From assembly GCA_041649115.1 (NCBI GenBank), contig JBAZNT010000008.1:7121-71120 (forward strand): 64,000 bases of DNA, in the 5' to 3' direction. Position 1 is the stretch's first letter. Every line of letters begins with the position of its first letter. Position numbers and translations under genes: made by a program. The notes beneath the pieces are model-generated. The model was given only the letters and a program-made list of their open reading frames with translations. It was not told the origin of the DNA and did no database searches. Shown here piece after piece: positions 1-6,945 of the stretch. The stretch is from Candidatus Omnitrophota bacterium (GTDB lineage: Bacteria > Omnitrophota > Gorgyraeia > Gygaellales > Profunditerraquicolaceae).

Positions 1-103
1 CTGTCTTAAGCGCAGAGAGCACATCCTTTCTTAAATCTATATTGGCGTGCTCGCAAAGGCGGCTGACAGCATTCTTTATCTTCTGCGCTTTAATAATCCT
101 CAT
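1..103 (-). CDS. 5' fragment (34 codons, runs off the window) of a probable Fe-S type hydro-lyase (class I fumarate hydratase-like) alpha protein
   Basis: The minus-strand ATG at 103-101 overlaps the queF stop as TAATG. The translation MRIIKAQKIKNAVSRLCEHANIDLRKDVLSALKT resembles, from memory, N-termini of Fe-S hydro-lyases. Only 34 aa are visible. Confidence 0.3.
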   Translation of the reverse strand, partial: MRIIKAQKIKNAVSRLCEHANIDLRKDVLSALKT

Positions 104-543
104 TACGGATGTTTGGCCTTCTTAGGGGACACTTTTAACCGTGTTTCAGAACCGTCCCTAAGGTATTCGGAGGTGACGGTGGTGGTGATGCCACCGCGGG
201 GATTAAATACCCCGGTAATCTTCGCCCACTTAGGGCGAGCCGCTCTTACAAAATCATCGAGTATCCTGTTTATGACATGCTCGTGGAAGATCCCGACATT
301 GCGGTAAGAGATGGTGTAGAGCTTGAATGATTTTAACTCAATGCAGTATTTCTCCGGCGAATATTCAATCAGGATATTGGCAAAATCCGGCAGCCCGGTC
401 TTGGGACAGATGCAGGTGAATTCCGGGACATCCAGGCGCACAATGTAATCTTTATCAGGATACTGGTTCTTCCAAACCTCAATCGCGGGGGTCTTTAACC
501 CGCGCACCCCGGACTGCAGGCCTTCATAAGCGGATTTCTTCAT
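103..543 (-). CDS. queF: NADPH-dependent 7-cyano-7-deazaguanine reductase, type I
   Basis: 146-aa ORF with the QueF signature EFTCICPKTGLPDF and FNPRGGI. It is the last gene of a queD-C-E-F string. The last ~12 codons are encoded by a repeat half-copy (125-159). Confidence 0.85.
   Translation of the reverse strand: MKKSAYEGLQSGVRGLKTPAIEVWKNQYPDKDYIVRLDVPEFTCICPKTGLPDFANILIEYSPEKYCIELKSFKLYTISYRNVGIFHEHVINRILDDFVRAARPKWAKITGVFNPRGGITTTVTSEYLRDGSETRLKVSPKKAKHP
125..159. repeat. Half copy (right arm only) of the type-B nested palindromic repeat
   Basis: GGGGACACTTTTAACCGTGTTTCAGAACCGTCCCT matches 56686-56720 at 33 of 35 positions. No left arm is present upstream. Confidence 0.75.
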
Positions 544-1215
544 TTATTTTACTCCGGCAATCCTGTGCATCTGCGGTATAACGCAGACCACTGCTTTTTC
601 TTCCTTGGCGATATCCTTGAATTTTGCGATCTTCTGCTCCAGGTCCCTGTAGTTCTCGCGGCTGTTCGGCTGCAGGACAAAGATAACGGATTTATTGTGT
701 TCCTTTATCAGCCCCAGCGCCTTACGGTAATCCTCTTCAGTGGTTGAGACGCACACCACTGCCTTTAGAAATACGTCTCTTTTGTAAGCGATATCAAGGA
801 AACGACGGTGCTCCTGCCAATAACCATCCATGCCTGTAGAGCTGGGAAACTTGATATCCATCGCCACGATATCCACTAAATCTATAAGCTCCTCCATGGC
901 CTCCGGTAGAGTGCCGTTGGTCTCCAGGTAATTACGGAAACGGTTCTTGCGGTTTAAGGTCATGACTTCTTTTAGAAAATCCTTCTGCAGCAGGGGCTCT
1001 CCGCCGGTAAAAGAGATGGAATGATGTCCGTTCTTATGCTTCTTTATGATGTCGAATAACTCCTGCGGCTCGTATTCCTTGAACTTGCGGTGGTTGGTAT
1101 CGCAGAACCAGCAGTTAAGGTTGCATCCTGAGAAACGCACAAAGAGCTGTTTCTCTCCCAAATACAACCCCTCTCCCTGGACGCTTTCAAAAATCTCGTT
1201 AATTTTGCCTTTCAT
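544..1215 (-). CDS. queE: 7-carboxy-7-deazaguanine synthase (radical SAM)
   Basis: 223 aa with radical-SAM cysteines CNLNCWFCDT and the N-terminal ESVQGEG motif. Lies in the que operon. Confidence 0.9.
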   Translation of the reverse strand: MKGKINEIFESVQGEGLYLGEKQLFVRFSGCNLNCWFCDTNHRKFKEYEPQELFDIIKKHKNGHHSISFTGGEPLLQKDFLKEVMTLNRKNRFRNYLETNGTLPEAMEELIDLVDIVAMDIKFPSSTGMDGYWQEHRRFLDIAYKRDVFLKAVVCVSTTEEDYRKALGLIKEHNKSVIFVLQPNSRENYRDLEQKIAKFKDIAKEEKAVVCVIPQMHRIAGVK

Positions 1216-1221
1216 ATCCTC

Positions 1222-1881
1222 TTAGCCGATAGCCGGGTCATTCAAGCCTGCCTGACGGAATCCCCGCGCCCGCAGATGACAGCTGTCGCAGCTGCCGCAG
1301 GGCTTTTCCTTTCCGCGGTAACATGACCAGGTAAGCTTAAACGGAACCTTAAGCTTATTGCCTAACTTGATAATCTCTGCCTTGCCTTTACTGATAAGGG
1401 GGGTAAAAATCTTGATGCCCTCGCCCTCGACCCCGGACCTTGTGCCAAGAGCGATTACCTTCCTGTAGGCGCTGAAGAATCCCGGCCGGCAATCCGGGTA
1501 ACCGCTGTAGTCCTGCGTATGGGCTCCGATAAAAATTGCCTCCGCTCCTTTGGCCTCGGCAAATGACAAGGCAAAACTCAAAAATACGATGTTTCTGGCA
1601 GGCACATAGCTCGACGGTATGCCGCTCTTTACGGGGATCCTCGAGCGCAGCTTTTTCCTGTTATCCAAAAGAGCAGAGCCTTTCCAGGGAAACGAAATCC
1701 TAACAACCTTAAAGGGGCACCCGCAAGATGCGGCGACCTTCCTGGCTGATTCTGTTTCGCGGCGATGGCGCTGGCCGTAATCAAAGATAAGGCACTGGCA
1801 GCTAAACCCCTTTTCCCTTGCCAGATACAGCGTTACCGCAGAATCCAAGCCGCCGGAGAGAAGAACGACCGCCTTCTTCAT
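1222..1881 (-). CDS. queC: 7-cyano-7-deazaguanine synthase
   Basis: 219 aa with PP-loop VVLLSGGLDS and C-terminal zinc cysteines CGSCDSCHLR. Confidence 0.9.
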   Translation of the reverse strand: MKKAVVLLSGGLDSAVTLYLAREKGFSCQCLIFDYGQRHRRETESARKVAASCGCPFKVVRISFPWKGSALLDNRKKLRSRIPVKSGIPSSYVPARNIVFLSFALSFAEAKGAEAIFIGAHTQDYSGYPDCRPGFFSAYRKVIALGTRSGVEGEGIKIFTPLISKGKAEIIKLGNKLKVPFKLTWSCYRGKEKPCGSCDSCHLRARGFRQAGLNDPAIG

Positions 1882-2237
1882 TCCCCGTAATAGCTGGCTG
1901 CGCAGTTATCCGACTCCCAGACTGTCACGCTCGCCAACTTCTTGAGGCGCGCCTTAAGGCGTTCATAGATATAGCGGGCAATGTTCTCGGACGTAGGATT
2001 GACCTTCCTGAAATAAGCGCCGTTGTTTAAATACCCGTGGTCAAGCTTATCAAGAACTGCTTTTAATTCTGCCTTGAGCTTCTTAAAATCCATCACCATC
2101 CCGGCCTTATCGAGCTTATCGCCCGTAAGCGCGACCTCCACCTTCCAGTTGTGGCCGTGCAGGGCCTCGCATTTGCCTTTATAGTTGCGCAGGTTGTGCG
2201 CTGCGCTGAAATTCGCTTCTACCTTGACGCTATACAT
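1878..2237 (-). CDS. queD: 6-carboxy-5,6,7,8-tetrahydropterin synthase
   Basis: 119 aa with the PTPS-family motif FSAAHNL...GKCEALHGHNW. Overlaps queC by 4 nt. Confidence 0.85.
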   Translation of the reverse strand: MYSVKVEANFSAAHNLRNYKGKCEALHGHNWKVEVALTGDKLDKAGMVMDFKKLKAELKAVLDKLDHGYLNNGAYFRKVNPTSENIARYIYERLKARLKKLASVTVWESDNCAASYYGE

Positions 2238-3027
2238 GGCTTACCTTTTTGGCGTCGCTTATTGCGCGGCCCAGGAAGCGGCGCGCAAGGCTGGAGAACC
2301 ACTCCGGGTTGTCGCTTACGTAAAATCTCTGCCTGCCGCGGGAGGTAATCCTGTTAAGCAGGCCTTCGCGCGAGAGAATCTCCTTTACCTCAAGCGCGAC
2401 CTCTTTTGCGGAATCGATCAATGTTACATGGCCTCCCATTGCCTCTTTAATCACCGGCTTAAGGAGCGGATAATGGGTGCACCCCAGGATAACGGTATCA
2501 ACCCGAGCGGCCTTAAGCGGCTTTAAGTAATACGCCGCCACCTCGTTTACTGCCTTGCCGCAGGTAAACCCCTCCTCGGCAAAAGGCACGAACAAGGCGC
2601 AGGCAGCAGTCTTTACGGAAATTGCGGGGTCAAGGCGCTTAATCTCCTGCTCGTAGGCGCGGCTCCTGATGGTGCTGCGGGTGCCGATTACGCCGATGCG
2701 CTTGTTGCGCGTGGCGTATACCGCCTTCATCGCTCCGGGGGTAATAACGCCTACGATGGGAACCTTAAAATAATTCCTGATGATGGGAAGCGCTAAGCTC
2801 GAGACGGTATTACAGGCAACGCAGATGAGCTTGACGTCCTGCTTCAGGAGAAACAGCATGTTCTCTATCGAGAAGCGAATGACCGTCTCGCGCGACTTAA
2901 CGCCGTAAGGCACGCGCGCGGTATCCCCGAAATAAACGATATCTTCCGACGGCAACTGGCGGATAAGCTCCTTTACTACTGTCAGTCCTCCGACGCCGGA
3001 ATCAAAAACTCCGATTGCTTTACTCAA
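2230..3027 (-). CDS. murI: Glutamate racemase
   Basis: 265 aa with GVFDSGVGGLTV, VACNT and LGCTHYP motifs. Confidence 0.9.
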   Translation of the reverse strand: MSKAIGVFDSGVGGLTVVKELIRQLPSEDIVYFGDTARVPYGVKSRETVIRFSIENMLFLLKQDVKLICVACNTVSSLALPIIRNYFKVPIVGVITPGAMKAVYATRNKRIGVIGTRSTIRSRAYEQEIKRLDPAISVKTAACALFVPFAEEGFTCGKAVNEVAAYYLKPLKAARVDTVILGCTHYPLLKPVIKEAMGGHVTLIDSAKEVALEVKEILSREGLLNRITSRGRQRFYVSDNPEWFSSLARRFLGRAISDAKKVSHV

Positions 3028-4106
3028 CTTGATACCTCCGTTGTAGGATAATCAATGACGTAATTACGCACCCCCTGTTCAATCGCCTCCGCTATCTGCT
3101 GGCGGTAATAGCTGTTCTTAAGCATGCGTTCCTCAGTGGTATTAGAAAGAAAGCCCACCTCCGCCAAGACTGCCGGCATGCGCGCACCGCGCAGGACGTG
3201 GAAATTCGCGCTCTTTACACCCAGGATGCGGCAGTCAAGCTCGCGCTCCATGGAACGGGAAAGAGAACCGGCCAGTTCAATAGATTCTGCGCGGTCATAA
3301 GTATAAATCATATCCCAGAGTATCGCATTAAGGCGGCCGGAATTTCCGGCAAAACAACTTCTTGTGAATCCCGGGCTTACGCTCTGCGCAGTGCTAAAAG
3401 CGCGCTTGGCATCGTTAATCTTGGGCGTGATGTAATATACCTCAAATCCGCTCAAGCTGCGCACGCGGTTAGCATTGACGTGTATGCTGATAAAGAGGTC
3501 GGCTTTGGAATTATTGGCGATCTCCACCCGCCTGTTAAGGGAGATAAAGGTATCGTTGGAGCGCGTCATAACGACCTCAAAGCCGTCCTGCTTCAGCAGC
3601 CGGCTGAGGCGCTTGGCAATGTCAAGGGTCAGGACCTTCTCGCGCACCCCTGTCCTTCCTATTGCGCCGGGGTCAGTGCCGCCGTGGCCGGCGTCTATTA
3701 CAATTTTCTTAAACCGTGTCAGGGGGACAGCCCTCGCCTGACGGGAAGGCTTCTCTTCCTTAAAAAGCACGTCTATAATCTGTTCCTTGAATTTATACGG
3801 GACGACTATCGCGCCCCGGTAAAAATCAACGGGATAGCGCATATGCTGCGCAACGCCGTCAACCAAGACAAGCCTCTCCCCCACCATCAGGTTCAGACGG
3901 TGCGCATCCTTGGCGAGGCTTATCGTCCTGCTGTAAGAATCATATTCCCATTTTATCCCGCGCGAGTCGCAGAGCGCTGAAAGCGGCACATAAGCTACCC
4001 CGTTTATGCTGTAGCTGGGCAGGCCTCCGCGGCCGGGAATAGTGGCGCAGCCGGCAGCGAAAACCGCCAGGATAAACGCCAGGATTATGATTTTAGATGT
4101 CTTCAT
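3024..4106 (-). CDS. N-acetylmuramoyl-L-alanine amidase (Amidase_3 family) lipoprotein
   Basis: 360 aa with a lipobox LAVFAAGC. The C-terminal domain carries IVIDAGHGGTDPGA, ISIHVNA and EVGFLSN motifs. Confidence 0.85.
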   Translation of the reverse strand: MKTSKIIILAFILAVFAAGCATIPGRGGLPSYSINGVAYVPLSALCDSRGIKWEYDSYSRTISLAKDAHRLNLMVGERLVLVDGVAQHMRYPVDFYRGAIVVPYKFKEQIIDVLFKEEKPSRQARAVPLTRFKKIVIDAGHGGTDPGAIGRTGVREKVLTLDIAKRLSRLLKQDGFEVVMTRSNDTFISLNRRVEIANNSKADLFISIHVNANRVRSLSGFEVYYITPKINDAKRAFSTAQSVSPGFTRSCFAGNSGRLNAILWDMIYTYDRAESIELAGSLSRSMERELDCRILGVKSANFHVLRGARMPAVLAEVGFLSNTTEERMLKNSYYRQQIAEAIEQGVRNYVIDYPTTEVSS

Positions 4107-4114
4107 ATCTTAAA

Positions 4115-4149
4115 GGGGCGCTGCCTAAAAAACAGCGCCCTGTTTTATT
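4115..4149. terminator. GC-rich hairpin immediately after the tmRNA 3' end (terminator-like, usable on both strands)
   Basis: GGGCGCTG (4116-4123) pairs with CAGCGCCC (4133-4140) across a 9-nt loop. The tail is TGTTTTATTT on the plus strand and a weaker CTTTAAGAT on the minus strand. The amidase ATG begins 10 nt after the hairpin on the minus strand. Confidence 0.5.
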
Positions 4150-4166
4150 TGGTGGAGGTGGCGGGA

Positions 4167-4828
4167 CACTTATCTAGCCGTTATCCGGCCAGCGTGGACT
4201 ATCTCTTCACCCGCCAGAATTTCTGGCAGGGCCCGGCGTATTATAGAAGGCATATATTTACCGTTGGTTTAGTTTCCTGATCTGCGCCACCAAACGCATC
4301 TTTTTGCTTAACATCGCCGGCGTATATTTACCAGCGCGATGCGTTACAGATTTGTATTTTTCTACTAACAAATCTACCTGCGGCTTCTTTACGATCAGAT
4401 ACCTTCTTATTTCGCTGAGAAAGCGAAGGCTCCTATCCTGGCATATATACCAAGCATAAGAATCGCTGTGATGAGGCTTGTTCTTTTTTTTGAAACGATA
4501 ACTCCTCCGCCAACTTTAGCCTTAAGCCACTTAAGCAGAACAAGGCTGTTGTTGGCAACAGATACATACGGAGTAGGCGTTTCATTATTATGGTGCCTCA
4601 TCAGAGTTACCGTCCCTTCGCCATCTACTATGCCAGCGATGTAAGATTTCTCGGCCTCTTCCAACGGTATCACCTCCTATCTCCCCTAAAGAGAGGAAGT
4701 CTCTGCAGGGCTTTCACCCCTCAAGGTTGCCCTCGCCCTACTGCATTTTAAAAAGCAGTTACGTTAGGGTTTCCCTGATTAAGCCGGGTTTATCATCCCG
4801 GATTACTCCGGGAGTCGACCCTTACTTG
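4167..4828 (-). mobile_element. Group I intron inserted in the tmRNA T-loop
   Basis: The upstream exon ends in U, which can pair as U:G in a P1 helix UCGAU/GUCGA (intron nt 10-14). Also present are a P4-like CAGGG...CCCUG, an R-like GCAGAGACU and an S-like GAAGAGAUAGUCC (P7 AGACU/AGUC). The last intron nucleotide is G, and a LAGLIDADG ORF sits in a peripheral loop. Confidence 0.8.
4258..4673 (-). pseudogene. LAGLIDADG homing endonuclease gene, single-motif type, interrupted by a -1 frame change at an A8 run (4484-4491)
   Basis: Frame 1 (GTG at 4673) gives MIPLEEAEKSYIAGIVDGEGTV...GGGVIVSKK, containing a LAGLIDADG motif. After the A8 tract the -1 frame reads KNKPHHSDSYAWYICQDRSLRFLSEIRRYLIVKKPQVDLLVEKYKSV...KLNQR and stops at 4260-4258. 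The two parts combine to ~138 aa, the size of a homodimeric LAGLIDADG enzyme. Confidence 0.7.
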
Positions 4829-5359
4829 ATCGAACCCGCGTCCTTAAGCATCCAGATAAAGGTCGCTTCATGCTTAGTCCCGTAATTTATCTTACTGCCG
4901 CGCCTCCTACGGAACAGGATTCGCGACAGGCAGCCTTTAAAAACTCTCGCCCCTGCCTCAAGGCATGGCAAAGAGCCAGTCTACTATAGTGCTCTACTGC
5001 GCCTTGTAGACCCGGCGCAAAGAGGCTCCCTTAATATTAGTTAAGGGAGACTGGGGACAACCCCAACGGCATTGTCATTGGTCTTGCGGCCATTGACATT
5101 GCCATAGGGCTATCAACAAACAGTGGTCTGTTTGCGTTTATTTTTGCAAGGATTGTTAACGCGGCCAACCCTGCGTCCGCGGCATGCTACCTTTACCCGA
5201 CGTACCTAAGTCGAGCCCATTCACCCCCGTCGTCACTCGCTGTTGCTGATTCAAGGGTTGATTTTCAAAAGAACGCTATTGGCTGTATCTAAAATATCGG
5301 AATTTCTGTATTTGCTTTTGTTTCTGCTTTTCCTTGCATGCTAACTACTGCCTTCCCGG

Positions 5360-5417
5360 AGACACTGTCCCGAACGACCGCAAAAACGTCTTCTGCTTTG
5401 GGGAGGAAAACGTCTCT
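5360..5417 (+). repeat. R-box element copy 1 (ACACTGTCCCGA ... GGAAAACGTCTCT)
   Basis: Shares a 16-nt left end and an 18-nt right end exactly with 19315-19371; the centre has diverged. Lies between the smpB stop and the tmRNA 5' end. Confidence 0.7.
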
Positions 5418-5423
5418 TCCTTA

Positions 5424-5882
5424 TTACCTGATGCGGCGGTTCTTCAGCAGCCGCCTGAAGGAACGGTCTGAGTCGCGCTTCTTGATATCTTCCCTGCGGT
5501 CGTAAAGCTTCTTGCCTCTGGCCAACGCCAGCTCTATCTTGGCATAACCGCGCTCATTGAAATAAATCTTAAGCGGCACCAGCGCAAACCCGCGCTGCGC
5601 CATCTGGGATTCTAATTTGTTGACCTGCCTCTTATGCAGCAGGAGCCGGCGCGCGCGCGTAGGGTCTACGTTAAGATAACTTGCCTGCTCGTAAGGGCTG
5701 ATGCGCACGTGATAAAGCATCACACCCTGCGGCTCGACCCGCGCAAAGCTATCCTCGAGGTTTACCCTGCCGCCCCGTATCGACTTTACCTCGCTACCCT
5801 TTAATTCTACCCCGCACTCCCACGCCTCGATGATCTCGTAATCGCGAAAGGCCTTGCGGTTCGTAGCGATGATTTTACTCAT
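5424..5882 (-). CDS. smpB: SsrA-binding protein
   Basis: 152 aa with a SmpB-like sequence (NRKAFRDYEI, GSEVKS, basic C-terminal tail). Adjacent to the tmRNA gene. Confidence 0.9.
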   Translation of the reverse strand: MSKIIATNRKAFRDYEIIEAWECGVELKGSEVKSIRGGRVNLEDSFARVEPQGVMLYHVRISPYEQASYLNVDPTRARRLLLHKRQVNKLESQMAQRGFALVPLKIYFNERGYAKIELALARGKKLYDRREDIKKRDSDRSFRRLLKNRRIR

Positions 5883-6838
5883 TTTATCATGACCAGCGCA
5901 AAATATAAACTCAAAAATAAAGGCAAGGTTACCAACGCCGCCAGGTGCCCCACAAATATCCCCTCGCTAATCAAAAGGTCATCTTTCTTATAGTGCCGGA
6001 TCACCACCGAAAGCGACGTTGCCGGGGGCATCGCCAGTTGCATCACGACAAAAAGCCCGATAAGCATGGGAAGTTTCAAGCTCACTGCCGCCCAAAGCCC
6101 CAAGGCGGGCAAAAGCAGTTGTTTTACCAAAATCAACAGCGCCGCCGCCTTTATGTCGATTTTATCCAGGTGTATCTTGGCGAGATTTCCCCCGACTACC
6201 AGCATCGCCAAGGGAACGGTGCAATCGCCGATCATCTTTAAAGGATGCACGATAAAAACAGGCAACAGAAGGTTGACCCCTAAGAGTACGCAAAGCAACC
6301 CGGTGAGGTTGGCGATCACCGGCGGACTGAAGACGCTCGCCAACTCGAATTTCTTACCGAAGGTGCGGGTAAGCATATAAACCCCGGCCGACCACATCAC
6401 CAGGTCAAACCCCAAAAGGAACAAAAAGATGTAGATCAGCATCGGGTTGGCCTCGGCCGAGGGGAGCAGGGTCACGACCAGTGCCAGCGGAAGATAACCC
6501 GAGTTCTGAAATGTCGTCAGGCTCAAAAACTGAGTGCGGTACTGCCGGTCGTTCTTTAGAAACCGCGCAAACAACAGGCCCGCCGCCAGGCCCAGGACGG
6601 TTATCGCGATGCTAAGCAGGGGGAAGATCCACCAGTTGGGGTAGGAATGGAAATCGAACTCCCGCACCAGCCGCGAAAATATCAAAAGCGGCAGGGTCAC
6701 CTTGACCATCAGGCGACTCAAGGCATCCAGCCCTTCATCCTTCAAGACGCCCTTCTTGACCAGGAAAAAACCCACCGCTGCCAGGAGGAATATCTCCAGC
6801 ACCGCCACTCCGGTTACCTGCATAGACTGTAAAAACAT
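5879..6838 (-). CDS. AEC (auxin efflux carrier) family membrane transporter
   Basis: A polytopic membrane protein of ~319 aa. I prefer the ATG at 6838 (MFLQSMQ...), which is preceded by GGGAGAG and a promoter, over the ORF-track start at 6895. Confidence 0.65.
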   Translation of the reverse strand: MFLQSMQVTGVAVLEIFLLAAVGFFLVKKGVLKDEGLDALSRLMVKVTLPLLIFSRLVREFDFHSYPNWWIFPLLSIAITVLGLAAGLLFARFLKNDRQYRTQFLSLTTFQNSGYLPLALVVTLLPSAEANPMLIYIFLFLLGFDLVMWSAGVYMLTRTFGKKFELASVFSPPVIANLTGLLCVLLGVNLLLPVFIVHPLKMIGDCTVPLAMLVVGGNLAKIHLDKIDIKAAALLILVKQLLLPALGLWAAVSLKLPMLIGLFVVMQLAMPPATSLSVVIRHYKKDDLLISEGIFVGHLAALVTLPLFLSLYFALVMIK

Positions 6839-6866
6839 TTTCGCTCTCCCTGGAAATAGAAAATAT

Positions 6867-6895
6867 ATTATAGCAACAAACCCCGCCCGTCGCAA
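6867..6895 (-). promoter_or_regulatory. Putative sigma-70 promoter for the AEC transporter-smpB unit
   Basis: On the minus strand: TTGCGA (6895-6890), 17-nt spacer, TATAAT (6872-6867). This is followed by a ~28-nt leader containing GGGAGAG. Confidence 0.45.
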
Positions 6896-6902
6896 TTCTT
6901 AT

Positions 6903-6931
6903 TTGACATAATTCAAGGGCTGGGATATACT
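6903..6931 (+). promoter_or_regulatory. Putative sigma-70 promoter for tRNA-Leu
   Basis: TTGACA (6903-6908), 17-nt spacer, TATACT (6926-6931). The tRNA 5' end lies 14 nt downstream. This promoter is divergent from the AEC promoter. Confidence 0.55.
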
Positions 6932-6945
6932 TAGAGATACTTTTT

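Larger units (their letters stand above)
4150..5228 (-). ncRNA. ssrA: tmRNA (SsrA), split gene: exon 1 at 5228-4829, exon 2 at 4166-4150, ~417 nt after splicing
   Basis: The 5' end GGGGGUGAAUGGGCUCGAC and the stretch ...GCAUGCCGCGG..GGGUUGGCCGCGU..GCAAAAAUAAAC-GCAAAC track the E. coli SsrA acceptor, PK1 and resume region (recalled from memory). Exon 1 ends GGACGCGGGUUCGAU and exon 2 is UCCCGCCACCUCCACCA. Joined, they restore the T arm GCGGG-UUCGAUU-CCCGC and the acceptor stem GGGGGUG/CACCUCC with a G3:U pair. The gene lies directly downstream of smpB. Confidence 0.9.

Noticed and set aside
3198-3980. 260-aa plus-strand ORF
   Set aside because: It lies entirely antisense to the well-supported amidase gene, has a low-complexity Ala/Gly/Arg-rich translation and no recognisable motif. 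This is a typical shadow ORF of a GC-rich coding region.
2238-4149. A preQ1 riboswitch ahead of the que genes (and, likewise, a SAM riboswitch ahead of the met genes at 61162-61255)
   Set aside because: queD overlaps murI and the whole string back to the amidase has no intergenic space. The only upstream gap is 43 nt and is filled by the tmRNA terminator hairpin. The rrf2 leader is ~40 nt, too short for a SAM aptamer.
4407-4673. The 88-aa ORF as a complete stand-alone small protein
   Set aside because: Only its first ~63 residues look like real LAGLIDADG sequence. The tail is out-of-frame read-through after the A8 tract, and the -1 frame carries the expected C-half. It is annotated as part of a frameshifted endonuclease gene inside the intron.
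4107-5423. A genomic island or prophage remnant integrated at the tmRNA gene (tmRNA 3' ends are classic integration sites)
   Set aside because: There is no integrase and no duplicated tmRNA 3' segment acting as att sites. The insertion lies inside the T-loop, not at the 3' end. The inserted sequence has group I core elements and a homing endonuclease, so an intron explains it better.
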